From Camelus dromedarius (Eukaryota): a stretch of 64,000 nucleotides of DNA. Under the pieces are notes generated by a model that was not told the origin of the DNA, did no database searches, and saw nothing but the letters and a program-made list of their open reading frames with translations. The DNA is taken from positions 29,388,001 to 29,452,000 of the forward strand of contig NC_087449.1 in the NCBI RefSeq assembly GCF_036321535.1. The letters run 5' to 3'. Within the stretch, counting starts at the first letter, position 1, and each line of letters starts with the position of its first letter. Below, piece after piece: positions 11,930 through 23,430 of the stretch. The position numbers and the translations under genes were made by a program.

Positions 11930-12310
11930 GCTGCGAAGCCCCTGTGCGCCTGGTTCCTCAGAGCATGCGCACTGGGTGCTCGTGCGGCACAAAACGCGCA
12001 GCGCGTGCACTTAACACGAGGCCGGGCCAGAGTCCGAGGCTCAAGAAGTGTTATCTATTGTTCTGTCCTGAGCTGGGCTGGCCAGACAGGGCCTGCGTAC
12101 TGCGGCCTCTGAAGGAATTGAAGCAGGTATAGACTGTGTCTCCCTGTCGCCCGCAAATGGTTCCAGTGGCTGCATTTCCACGGTGGCCGCAGAAATCAAT
12201 ACGGATGGCTGCCGGATCAATTCAAGTACAGTGTATCTGATAGGCAGACGTCACGGACCACGGCACATAGATGCGGAGGGTGGATTTGAGGTTTGCCCTG
12301 AGCCGCAGCA
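11930..12310. promoter_or_regulatory. Small CpG-island-like candidate enhancer or alternative promoter
   Basis: About 25 CpG in ~370 bp by hand count; NRF1-like gagcatgcgc, MRE-type TGCRCNC matches, ONECUT-type aaatcaata, CRE-like gacgtca. Confidence 0.45.
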
Positions 12311-13339
12311 GCAGGATGGGTTTTCTCGGTTTGCTCCTCATTAGACCCAGGGTGCTTATTTTCCAAAACGGAACACATGCGGACTGACAGCCGGTGCATG
12401 CTTTTAAACGTACTCAAGGAGAATGAGTTTGTGTGCAAGCATGAATTTGCCTTAGTTCAGTGTCAGGATTCCCAGAGTTTTGTGGCAGGTGGTTTTTTTG
12501 GGGGATCTCCTCTTTCCGGACAGGGGCTTAAAGCACAGAAGTGGTGTCTTACCTCTGCTTCCTCTTTTCAGATCAGTCTAACGAGGCAGGGTAGGATTGC
12601 AGTAAGAGGTACTATGCAAATTCCTTTCTACTTGGGGGTAACTGGAAGGGTTTATCTTTTGTTCTCTGGCATCTTCCAAACCAGTCTGAGTTACCAGCCT
12701 CAGATATTCCCATTGCTGGACAAATCCGTTGAATGAATCCAAAGTATTTTAAACCCTGCTCTGTTACTACCATCCCCACAAAGCCCCAGACTGTTGCCTT
12801 CCTGGTGTTCACTGGGAAATTAATGAAGTGCTGGTTCAGAATAACCTGTCTGTTGCTTAAATGTGACAACCTTTTGTTGATGCCGAACTTTCTGGTGCTA
12901 AATTTTTGTCACAGCTTGATTGATTGTAAGGGATCATAGCTTCTTTTTTTAATTCCATGCGTATTTCTAATTATAAATCCTTGAAAACTCTTATGTCATC
13001 TAATATGATAGAGTGCACTAGTTTATGTTCAGCAAAGATGGGTGGGATTTTGATTAAAAGGTGACTTAAGAAATGAGACCATAAGGACCTGAAACATACC
13101 AGCTCAATTCAGGTGTCAGCCTGAAATCGTTGGTCTGTAATCACTTCTCATTCCCACTTTCCTTTCTTGAGTGTGCCTTTCAAAATGACAATTTAGTAAT
13201 AAGAATGTAACAGCACTGTGTTAAAGGCTTTGAAAACGGTTTATTAGAAAAAGAAGTCCTATGTTTTCCTAAGTCAGTAAGAAGGAGGTGGACAGAGATG
13301 TGATGGTGACAGACAGGTTCTGAGGAGGGACGGTGTGTC

Positions 13340-13460
13340 GGGCTTTCTTATGTGACTGCTCACCTGAGCTTCACTCACCAGTCAACTATTTGGTATCCCT
13401 GTTTTATAGACGGAGAACTGAGGCTTAAACAAGGTAACTTGGCTAAGATCACGTAGCTTT
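13340..13460 (-). mobile_element. MIR relic
   Basis: atccctgttttatagacggagaactgaggcttaaacaaggtaacttggctaagatcac. Confidence 0.75.
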
Positions 13461-14199
13461 TAGACACTTAGAATTGATCAACTCCTTGCAAAGAGACATC
13501 TTGTTTGTTCCTTGCAGTAAACTTAGGAAGTGGGAATTCTTAGTAACTTTATGGTTGAGGTAACAGAGCAGGAATGACTTGTCCAAGGCCCCTGAGCCTC
13601 TCAGGGATGGGGCCTTGACTAGTACACAGGACCCTGGACCTCAGAGACTGCACTTGAACAATGTTGCACTGTTGTACACTGAGCAATAATTATGTGAAGG
13701 GTTGCAGGCTTTGGGGGGGGGGCTTCCATCTTACTGTAAGATGCTAAGCAGAAATAGACACCGTATATGTGTTTAACCAGGTCCCTTTACCTTTATAAGG
13801 TTATATTAGATGTCAGTGTGTTAACAGTTTTGGAAAAGAAATTTTCAAAATACTGAGTCTTTATATCCAGATGCTTGGGTTCAGGCTACCAGCTCAGTAT
13901 TGAGAAGGGCCAGTGCAAGGAAGGGACTGAAATGGCAAAGAAGGACCCAGGTCACAGCCACCATCTAAAATGAGCAAGGGGTCTGTGTGGTGCCTGATGA
14001 CATTACATGATTTTTTTTTAGGGAAAACTGTTCTTCTGAATTTGGACACAAGGAATGCATGTAGGGAAGGGGGATGGAAAGGGAGGGAAAAGTGGGAACA
14101 GAAAGACCTTAGAATTCCAGAAGTTCCGAAGGGAGCCTCGGTGCCTCTGGTCTGTTGTGGGCACTCCTGGAAACCCCAGAAACGTGAGGATGCTCTTCC

Positions 14200-14770
14200 T
14201 TCTTCCTCTGCTCACTCACTCCCTTGGTCATTAGCGCCTGCTCACGTGACACGCAGTGTCCTCGGTGCTAAAGATGCAGCAGTGAATCACAAGGTCTCCG
14301 CCATGGAGGGTTACATTACAGTTGGGGGATTTGCACAGCAGACACCATGAGCATGCAGTTAACGCGGTGTATCGGAAACTGCTTTGGAGGAGAATATAGC
14401 AAAGGAGGTGGATTGAGAGCACAGAGTATATAGGTTTTGTAATTGTAAACAGGGAAATCATGGAACGCTTTCCTAAGAAAGAGGGACTTGAAAGAGGTTG
14501 GGGGTCCTTCTGCTGTGCCAGCTGGGGCAGAGAGAGCGGCAGGTGCAAAGGCAGGAGCGTGCCGTGCAGGTGGGAGGAATCGCAGAGTGGCCAGTGTGCC
14601 TGGAACAGGGCAAGGAGGGGAGAAGGTGGCCAAGGAGTTTGTAGCAGAGCATCAACTGAGCAGTTGGTGAGCAGTTTGCATTCTAGACGGAGTCTTTCAA
14701 GTGCTTATTGAGTTTGTGCTTTGCTGGCCAGGCACTGAGGTGCAGGGCACTGAATAGCTGACCATCAGTG
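14200..14770 (-). mobile_element. L2 relics
   Basis: gtgctaaagatgcagcagtgaatcacaaggtc...ggaacgctttcctaagaaagagggacttgaaa...gtgcaaaggcaggag; further antisense L2 piece near 14700. Confidence 0.6.
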
Positions 14771-14849
14771 CCCTTCAGGAGTGAGTTGAGAACTGTGAAA
14801 ATCTGAGGATGCTCTCCAGAGAGAATGCTGCTGGGGTAGGGGAGGCTGT

Positions 14850-15235
14850 GCTGTGTGGGAGAACGAGATGAGGCATTAGGGATCCAATCCTGCCCTGCCA
14901 CGTGCTGGGAGGGGCACCTAGAGCAGCAACCATTTAACCTCCAAGTCTGTTTTCTTATCTGTAAGAGAGAAAAGTGATATCTACTTGTATACTAACTATG
15001 CATATAAATAACAAAAACAAATTGCTTAGGGAAATCGTCTTTATAAATAGGGTAGATACAGAGAGGTAATTACATCCAGGGACTTGTAAGTAGCTGAATA
15101 ATGTTCTGGTTAAGAACCCGATCCAGAAGCCAGACTTCCTACAACCCTTTATTGACCATGTGATCGAGGCAAATCACTTAATCCCTCCATGCCTCACTTG
15201 TACAATGGAAAAGGTGATACCTGCCTGCCAGGTTA
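14850..15235 (+). mobile_element. Two MIR relics
   Basis: catttaacctccaagtctgttttcttatctgtaag and gaggcaaatcacttaatccctccatgcctcac cores. Confidence 0.6.
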
Positions 15236-15439
15236 ACAGGCATCTAACATACGGCAATCCAGACTAGTCCTGAGTGTCGCTGTGAGTTCCAAGGAAGTTG
15301 TGCGAAAATCCTCAGATTGTTCACATATTTGAGCTGCACTGTACCGATTTCCAGTATATTTAAAAAATTTCATTGTTTTCTGAATCCAAATTTTACCTAA
15401 ATGGCCAAACAATTCCAAAGAAACCAAATCCTTGTGTTT

Positions 15440-16281
15440 GGTTCTGTTTGCTCATCCCATGCAGAGTGTCTCTTTAATTTCTTCTTGGTTTCGTCGTGTT
15501 TACCAACAGCTCTAAAAATACATTCCAGCTTCCAGAAAGCGAATGACAATAGCTATAAGAAGGTATTAGAGGCAGTGTAAACTTGTCTTGCTTGAAGTTA
15601 ATGTGAAAAATGTGGAGAAACAAATAAAAAGGGGAAATTTGGAAAATTGGGCAATGATGTTTAACCAAAATGACATGTGCCTCTCTGAATGTGAAATGCA
15701 CAACGGCGTTAATGCCTCGCCGGCTGCGTGCCATCCTGAGGTTTTATCACATCATAATGCAGTGATGAGGTATTTCTTTGCTTTTTTTAGTTTTTCCACT
15801 CGCAGATGCCAACAATGATTATTTGTAATTTCAGAAATAAAGATGCTCAAAAGCAACATCTGCGATTCCATATTTTTCTGCGGGATTCAGAATGCATGTC
15901 TTACTCCTATCTGTAACCAGGGGATGTTTGCAGTCAAACGTAATCCCTGTGTACTTGATTTAGCTCTGGGCCAGACTGACTAAAAGGTTTTAAAATGGGG
16001 CCTGGGCTCCCGGTATCTACACGATGTGGATTCTCGACCTTTTAATCCCCATTTTCTTTAATACAAATAAAAGAGAGTTTATCAGTTGATTCAGATGAGT
16101 GGGAATGTGCCATGTAAATTTCAAGGAATTATGCGCTAAATTACAGTGCCCATTTGGGGGCTTAAACATTATTCTCGGCGACGCAGAACTGGCATGGATT
16201 TTATTTTAACTGAAATGGCACACAGTGGCAGGCAATTATTTTTGTTATTGTATTTCCTGTCCTGGCCTCCAGAACCTGAGT
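15440..16281. promoter_or_regulatory. Repeat-free block, candidate conserved non-coding element
   Basis: No recognisable repeat over ~850 bp; retained CpGs in AT-rich context; several TAAT and forkhead-like cores. Conservation not tested. Confidence 0.35.
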
Positions 16282-16453
16282 NNNNNNNNNNNNNNNNNNN
16301 NNNNNNNNNNNNNNNNNNNNNNNNNNNNNNNNNNNNNNNNNNNNNNNNNNNNNNNNNNNNNNNNNNNNNNNNNNNNNNNNNNNNNNNNNNNNNNNNNNNN
16401 NNNNNNNNNNNNNNNNNNNNNNNNNNNNNNNNNNNNNNNNNNNNNNNNNNNNN
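16282..16453. other. Assembly gap (172 N) in unique sequence
   Basis: N run. Confidence 0.95.
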
Positions 16454-16729
16454 TCCAAGTGATTGAAGACCTAGTTTGGTTCAAACTACATCCCATTTTA
16501 GGTCAGATGTATTTTGTTCTTCTTAATTATCAGGGTACATAAAGTTGCTTTTTAACATTGTTTTTTTTTCCCCTCACTGTCCAGGTCCCACCTAGCTATA
16601 TTCGCTTGTCTCTAGAAGAAAGCCAGAAGGCTCTTAAATTCTTGTTTCCACATTTACAGATTTCAGCCCAGCTTCGAAGAATAGGTAGAACGTATTTCTA
16701 CTAATGTATTTGATTATTAAAAAGACTGT

Positions 16730-17460
16730 GGTGAGACAGAAGTAGTTCTGGACCACAGGTCAAAAGGCTACGGTTTGGGTATCATTACCAGAAAGAAATG
16801 GATAGTTTTCCATGTGATGCCTCACTTCTCTGAGCCTTCGATTCCTTATATAAAAACAGGAGCGGGGGGACAATGTCTTTTCTCTTTCTTTTGGATTTTT
16901 CTTGAGCTTTTATTCCTTGAGAGGAACCGTAGCTAAGCTGGCTGAGAAGCCCATCTCCATTTTTATGCCAGATGACCTCACGCGGGTTCACCAATCGCTG
17001 CCTCAGTTTCCTCGTCTGCGTAGTGGGGAGAGTGATCGTACTTAACTCCACAGGGTTGTTGTGAGGAAGAGCTAATGTGTGGAAAGCTTCCAACAACGCC
17101 TGGCCTGTGAGGAGGGCTAATTATGCTTCTTATTATTGTCATCATTCTTAATATTGATAGCATTGCCACACAAGGTCATTGTGTGGATTAAATGAGTTTA
17201 TATTTGCAAAGTACTTACGACAAACCCTAGCAGGTAGTAAGTCATCTAAGTGTTTGCTACTGTTTTATTTTTAGTTGGCTACCGTTTATTAAGTGGTGGC
17301 TGGATTTAAGGCATTGTGTTCGAAATGCTTGTAGCAACTTGAGAGGGACTTACTGACTTCCCTTTACAGATAAGGAAAAAGACTATGAGAGGTTAAACCA
17401 CTGAGCCCGCTAGTGAGCAGCTGTCAGGACTTGCGAGCAGGGCATTCTGACCCACGCAGG
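16730..17460. mobile_element. Cluster of MIR relics (three +, one -)
   Basis: ctcacttctctgagccttcgattccttatataaaaa; gcctcagtttcctcgtctgcgtagtgggg; gtgtggattaaatgagtt; cctttacagataaggaaaaagact. Confidence 0.75.
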
Positions 17461-17929
17461 TTCTGTTTCACATCTCTGCTTTCTCAGCCCTGGGCTCAGG
17501 CCCCGCAGTCCTGAGCTTGGAGTCCCCTCCGGACAGTGTTCCAGGCTCTTCCCTCGCACACAGGGCTCTGCAGCTTCGTCTGGCCTCCGTGGTCGCTGTG
17601 GTGGCCTGGGCTGGACAACACTGCCCTGCTCACACCCCTCAGGGGAACTTCCACTTGGCCTGGTTGTCCAGCTGTGAGACAGCAGGAGTCCAAGGCCTGG
17701 GGGCCTATCTCGGGTTTCTTCCTCCCCCTAAACACCTGCTCCAGCTGTATCCTCCCCCATCACCTCCTCCAGCTCCATCTCTATCCCATTATCCTCAGTG
17801 CAACACACATCAGCAATGAAAGGGATTAGGACAGATGATGGCAGTGATGGCTTCTAGTTTGTCATTCACTGGTCATTGAAAGTATCCAATGTGGTTTCAT
17901 TGGTCCACAAAGACACAGAATATAATATA

Positions 17930-18900
17930 CCAAACATTTACAGAGAGTTTACTATGTGCCAGACCTGTCCTAGGCATGTAACTGTTGTAGGCAGCAGTTA
18001 CATATGAATTTATCTAACCCTCACGGCAACGTAGGCGATACGTCCTAATGCCATCCGCAACCTGCGGACGAGTCAACAGGCCAGAGTGCAGGGAGTGGGG
18101 TGACTTTGTAAGGAGTGGGACTAGCAGACCCTTCAGCCTTTGAATTCTGCTCGTTTCTTCTGCTCTGTGATAATTGGCTGGTTGAGCACAATTTACCTGG
18201 CACCAGGATGTTGTAGGTGAGACACGAGAGTGGAAGAATAAAAGGGAAAAGGGTTTATTGGGCACCTATGGGCCGGGCTTCGGGCTCCGTCGTTTACCCG
18301 TTACCATATGCCGTGTGGAGAACAGTGGCCTAACATGGCTATGCTCATTCTCCTGTTAGAGATGAGGTCGCTGAGACCTGGAGCTGCTAAGTGGTTCCTT
18401 TGTTGCACACTGTTACCTGGCAGAGCCAGGATTCAAGCCCAGAGCTGTCCAGCTGTGAAGCTCAGACTTTTGCCGGGGTTTAAATTCCTCCCTCTAGTTT
18501 TAAGACTACAGTAGTAAACAAAACAGACAAGGGGCCTGCCTTAAAGAGGCCTTCATTCTAGTTCAGGATTTGGGCAGTAAACAAATAAGCAGGTCACTGC
18601 AGATGTGTATCAGATTGATGGGAGGGAGGTGAGACAGCCCCAGATCGAGGAAGCAGGCACTTTGCCAGGGCCACAGGGAGGTTGTCTCTGGGGTCCAGAG
18701 GATGGGAAGAAGACAGCCATGCAAAGAGCAAGGCAAAGAAAGTGCCAGGCAGAAGGAACAGCAGGGACAGTGGCTCTGGAGCGGAAGAGAGCATGGGATA
18801 TTCGAGGGACAGAAAGAAGGGCGGTGGCACCTGGGGGAAGGCAGGCAGCGGGCAGATCGGGCAGGGCCTTGAGGAACAGGGTAAGAAGTCGGGACTTCAT
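17930..18900 (-). mobile_element. L2 relic interrupted by an antisense MIR (~18250-18480)
   Basis: aacatttacagagagtttactatgtgccag; gtaaacaaaacagacaaggggcctgccttaaagagg; MIR ctcctgttagagatgaggtcgctgagacc. Confidence 0.6.
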
Positions 18901-18914
18901 GCCATTGTCCATAA

Positions 18915-19422
18915 GACTTAGAATAAAATTAGCCCTGTGACCTTGAGCCATCCCTTTATAGCTCTGAGTCTGCAGTGTTTTAATCTGTTAGAAGCAGGCA
19001 ATCATCCGTGCCCTACGTCCATCTCAGGGGTTGTTTGAACATCAGATGACAGGAGGAAATCTAGCGGCGTTCTTCAGAAACCACAGAGAACGATGGCTAA
19101 TTTACCTGATGTATTTCTCCTTGTAAAGAGAAGAGTCTTAGAAGACAGATTTCTTTAAAAAGGAAGCTAAGCGGTGGAGTTTCCTGGGTGAGAAGTCTCT
19201 CACTGGCTTGCAGTAGTAGTCACGGTAGTAGAGGTGACAATAATGATGGTATCATAAGAGTAAGTATTCAGTGAGCTCTTACTGTATGCTGCAAACTGAG
19301 CTCTGCTTTTTAAATGCGTTGTTATTTTATCCTCACATCACTACATAACACATAGATACTGTTATTGCCTTCATTTGACAGTTGTGGGGCTGAGGCACAA
19401 TGAGATTAAGTCTCTGTTTCCA
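18915..19422. mobile_element. MIR relics (+ ~18915-19040; - ~19245-19422)
   Basis: gtgaccttgagccatcc...ttttaatctgttagaa; ctgttattgccttcatttgacagttgtggggctgaggcac. Confidence 0.65.
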
Positions 19423-20205
19423 TGTATTTAGTTGTGGAATAACAGAAAACTCAACAAGTGGCCTGAAGAGTAAGATGTTATTTTTATCGTATTATATTAA
19501 AAGAGTGAGAGTAAACTCGTGCCAGTAAATCTGCTAAGAAAGTCATCCAGAACCCAAGATCCCCTCCTTTCTGATCCATCATCCTTAGTGTGCAGTGTTT
19601 GTTCCTCATGAGAGCAAAGTAGCTGCTGTAGCTCCAGTTTTCTTATCTCAGTGCCAAGTCAGGAGGAAGGGGACAAACCATAGGAGATGAAGGAGAAGAG
19701 TCATTGTGGGGAGGGTAAAAGCCTTCGACCTGTGAAGCTTTGCCTTTTAGGGGAAAGGGAAACATTTTTTTTTCAAACTTTTATTTATTTATTTTCTTTC
19801 TTTCTTTTCTTTTTAATTGAAGTGTAGTCAGTTTACAGTGTATCAGTTTCTGGTGTACAGCATAATAGTTTAGTCATACATACATATATTCAATCATACA
19901 TATACGTACATAACTTTCATACTTTTTCATTATAGGTTACTACAAAATATTGAGTATAATTTCCCGTGCTATAGAGTATAAACTTGTTAATCTATTTTAT
20001 ATAGAGTAGTTAATATCTGCAAATCTTGAACTCCCAGTTTATCCCTTCTCACCCCCTCTCTCCCATCCCCCGCCCCCTGTAACCATAAGATTGTTTTCTG
20101 TCTATGAGTCAGTTTCTGTTTTATAAGAACATTTATCTACGTCTCATTTGCCTCCACCTGGGTTACATGACCAACCCTAGCTCAAGTGGAAGCAGAAGTT
20201 TGGAA
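19423..20205 (-). mobile_element. Old MaLR LTR (MLT1J/K-like), split by L1
   Basis: agttgtggaataacagaaaactcaacaagtggc start; caaagtagctgctgtagctccag; resumes atttatctacgtctcatttgcc...catgaccaaccctagct after the L1. Confidence 0.6.
19768..20127 (-). mobile_element. LINE-1 3' UTR nested in MLT1
   Basis: aattgaagtgtagtcagtttacag terminus; short TSD aacattt at 19761-19767 and 20128-20134. Confidence 0.88.
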
Positions 20206-20735
20206 TTTCACTTGATAGTTGAGTAGGACAGAGAAAGCTGTCAGAAAGTGTGCCGGTGAGCCGGGCCCCAGTCACACTGCTGGGAAGTGGCGAGGCATAT
20301 TTCAGCCCAGTCATTTTGACTCCAGGTGGCGTATCTTTGACCACAGTGCCCTAGTGTCTCCCTACTGGGGAGAGGCTTGGAAATCTTGGACCAGGTGTTT
20401 AACCTCTCCATGCCAATGTATTTTTATTTGGAAAAGAGGAGTAATGAGAGTCTTTTAAACAATACAATTTTAGTGAAAAAAGAAACTGGTGTCATTCTGA
20501 ATAGTTTTTCTTAGAAACAAAGTAGAAATCTGATTTTTAAAAAGAAGTCAATTTCTGTTATAGTGAAACCTATGCTTTATGAATGTAAAGTCTGATGTTC
20601 AAATCAAGAAAAATATATTTAATCATTTCTTCTGAAGAAAGAGTATTTAAATAATTGGGTTATTGGGAGGATAAAACAAAAGAGTCATAAAGCAGCTACC
20701 ACAGTGTCTGGCGTGTAGTAAGTGCACACCAAATA

Positions 20736-22373
20736 CAGGCGTCCTGTGTTTTCTGTGCCTCACTTGACTGCACGTCACAGATGCTGTGTTGTTTTTTTTT
20801 TTTTACAAACTGAAGGTTTGTGGCTACCCTGCATGGAGCAAGTCTCTTGGCACCATTTTTCCGGCAGCATTTGCCCACTTCATGTCTCTGTGTCACATTG
20901 TGGTAACTCTTGCCATATTTCAGTTTTTCATTATTGTCATATTTGCTACGGTGACCTGTGATCAGTGACCTTTGACGTTACTACTGCAACTCGCTCTTTA
21001 GGGACGACAGTTAGCATTTTTAGCAATAAAGTGTTTTTTAATTGAAGTTTGTACTTTGTGTCTTTAGACATAATGTGTGCTTAATATACTACAGTGTAGT
21101 GTAAAGATGACTTTTTAAATTAAAATCTAATTGATTTACTGTATTAGTTGAGGTGTACCACATAGTGATTTCATACTTTTATATAGATTTTACTCCATTT
21201 AAAGTTATTATAAAACATTGGCTGTATTCCCTGTGCTGTACAGTATATCCTTTTATCTTACTTATTTTATACATAATATTTTGCAGCTCTTGACCTCATC
21301 CCCCTATCTTGCCCCTCCCCCCTTCCCTCCCTCCTGGTAACCACTGGTTTGTTCTCTATATCTGTGAGTCTGTCTCTGTTCTGTTATATTCATTTATTTG
21401 TCTTTTTTTAAAAAGATTCTACCTATAAGTGAAAACATACAGTATTAGTCTTTCTCTGACTTATTTCGCTAAGGTTCATCTAGGTTGTTGCAAATGGCAA
21501 AGTTTGATTCTTCTGATGGCTGAGTAATTACTCTGTTTTGTGTGTGTCTGTGTTTATGTATCTATATTTGTATTTGTATCTACATGTACCACAACTTCTT
21601 TATCCAGTCAAGCAACTTAGGTTGCTTCCATATCTTGGCTGTTGTAAATAATGTCGCTATGAGCATTGGGATGTGTGTATCTTTTCAGATTAGTGTTTTT
21701 GTTTTCTTTACCCAGAAGTGGAATTACTGGACTGTATGTAGTTCCATTTTTAGTTTTGTGAGGAACCTCCATACTGTTTTCTGCAGTGGCTGCAGCAGTT
21801 TACATTTTTACCAGCTGTGTAAAGGGTTCCTTTCTGTCCACATCTTCACCATTTGTTAGTTGTGTCCCTTTTTGATAACAGCCATTCTAACAGGTGCGAG
21901 GTGGTATCTCACTGTGGTTTTGATTTACACAACCTTGATGATTAGGGGTGCTGAGCATCTTACATGTGCCTGTTGGCCATCTGCATGTCTTCTTTAAAAA
22001 AAATGTCTATTCAGGTCTTCTGCCCATTTTTTATTTGGTTTGGTTTTTTGATACTGAGTCGTATGAGCTGTTTATGTATATTTTTGATATTAACACCTTA
22101 CCAGACACATCATTTGGAAATATTTTCTCCCATTCAGTATATTGTCTTTTTGTTCTGTCTATGGCTTCCTTTGCTGTACAGAAGCTTTGAAGTTTTATTA
22201 GGTCCCATTGTTTATTTTTACTTCTGCTTCTTTTGCCTGAGGAGACAGATACTTAAACATAACTTTTATATGCACTGGGAAACCAAAACATTTGTGTGGC
22301 TCTCTTTATTGTGATACTTGCTTTATTGTGATGGTCTGGAACCGAATCCATGATACCTCGTAAGTATGTATAT
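20736..22373 (+). mobile_element. Tigger1-derived MITE copy 2, interrupted by L1
   Basis: ta|caggcgtcctgtg left end; body matches the other copies; resumes aacataacttttatatgcactgggaaacc at 22256; right end cctcgtaagtatgtatatg. Confidence 0.88.
21116..22253 (-). mobile_element. LINE-1 3' end (ORF2 C-terminus plus UTR) nested in Tigger MITE
   Basis: TSD taaagatgactttt (21102-21115) / taaacataactttt (22254-22267); ORF2-like ttcctttgctgtacagaagctt...aggtcccattgtttatt. Confidence 0.9.
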
Positions 22374-22826
22374 GTTAGTCGTTCTTTTTTATTCTTATAG
22401 TTAGCAGACAGTTCTGTGTCAGTATTTATGGTTACAGAAAGTCAAACAAAATACAACGCAACCTTTGCTTTGTAGGCGCTCAGTTGTTCAGACTTGCTCA
22501 TAAATGATCATTTACAAGGTTAAATTCATTGATGGGAGGGAGGGGCCGCAGTAGCACGGACAAGGGAGGGATTGAGTTTCCTTAGAGGTGAATGGGAAGA
22601 GATGGCTGAAGTGAGGGAGTCAGGGATGAAAGGATGAGTGTTTACAGAAATGTTCTTTAGGTGGCAAAAAAAGATGAGACTGGCCTCACTAGGAAGATGA
22701 GAGGGAAGATGATTCCTGACAGAGGGAACAGCATATGCTTAGCAGGTGCAAAGCCACAGAAGGGTCATACTGCACAGCCTGTGGGGGGAAGCACAGGTAT
22801 TTCCAACAGGCTGAAAAGTAGTGTGG

Positions 22827-23060
22827 TTAGTATCTATAAATACTGAACTCCCAATTTATCTCTTCCCACCCCCTCTTCCCCTAGTAACCATAAGTTTGTT
22901 CTCTATGTCTGTAAGTCTGTCTGTTTTGTAAATAAGTTCATTTGTGTCCTTTTTTTTTAGATTCCACATATAAATGATATATGTCATATGCTATTTTTCT
23001 TTGAGTTTGTGATTATACTTCAATAAAAAAATAAATATTTAAAAAGTTTTTTAAAAATTT
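22827..23060 (+). mobile_element. 5'-inverted (twin-primed) short LINE-1 insertion
   Basis: Antisense L1 UTR ~22827-22999 joined to sense ttatacttcaataaaaaa tail; TSD-like aaaagtagtgtgg (22814-22826) / aaaaatagtatgg (23061-23073). Confidence 0.75.
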
Positions 23061-23269
23061 AAAAATAGTATGGGGGTGAGCAAAATTCCTGAGTGTCTTC
23101 TTTACCCCAGGCCCTCCCCTGGGCCCTGGGGACACAGTGAGGAACGCGGGACAGCCTTGCTCTCAAGAAACACATCCCACTGACACTCTGTATTCTCCTA
23201 TGTTAAATAGGGCAGAAAAATGGACAACACCTAAGTTTTGTTAACTGTCCGCTCTGTGCCAGATTCAAG

Positions 23270-23430
23270 GTTTTGTGGACGTTGTCTCCTGGAACTTCCA
23301 GGTCATCATTATTCGCTCCCTTTTACAGGTGGGGAAACCAAGACTCGGTAAGATTAAATGAGTTGTGCAGACTCTCCAGCTGGTCAGGGGTACAGCAAGT
23401 ATTCTGACTGCAGAATCTGTGCACTCTGCT
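23270..23430 (-). mobile_element. MIR relic
   Basis: ccttttacaggtggggaaaccaagactcggtaagattaaatgagttg. Confidence 0.7.

Noticed and set aside
15785-15830. Possible 19-nt exon after the acceptor ttccactcgcag
   Set aside because: Weak donor (ttt|gtaatt), not frame-preserving, and a stop follows on read-through.
20319-20332. CTCF-like actccaggtggcgt
   Set aside because: Mismatches at key flanking positions; a single weak match without support.
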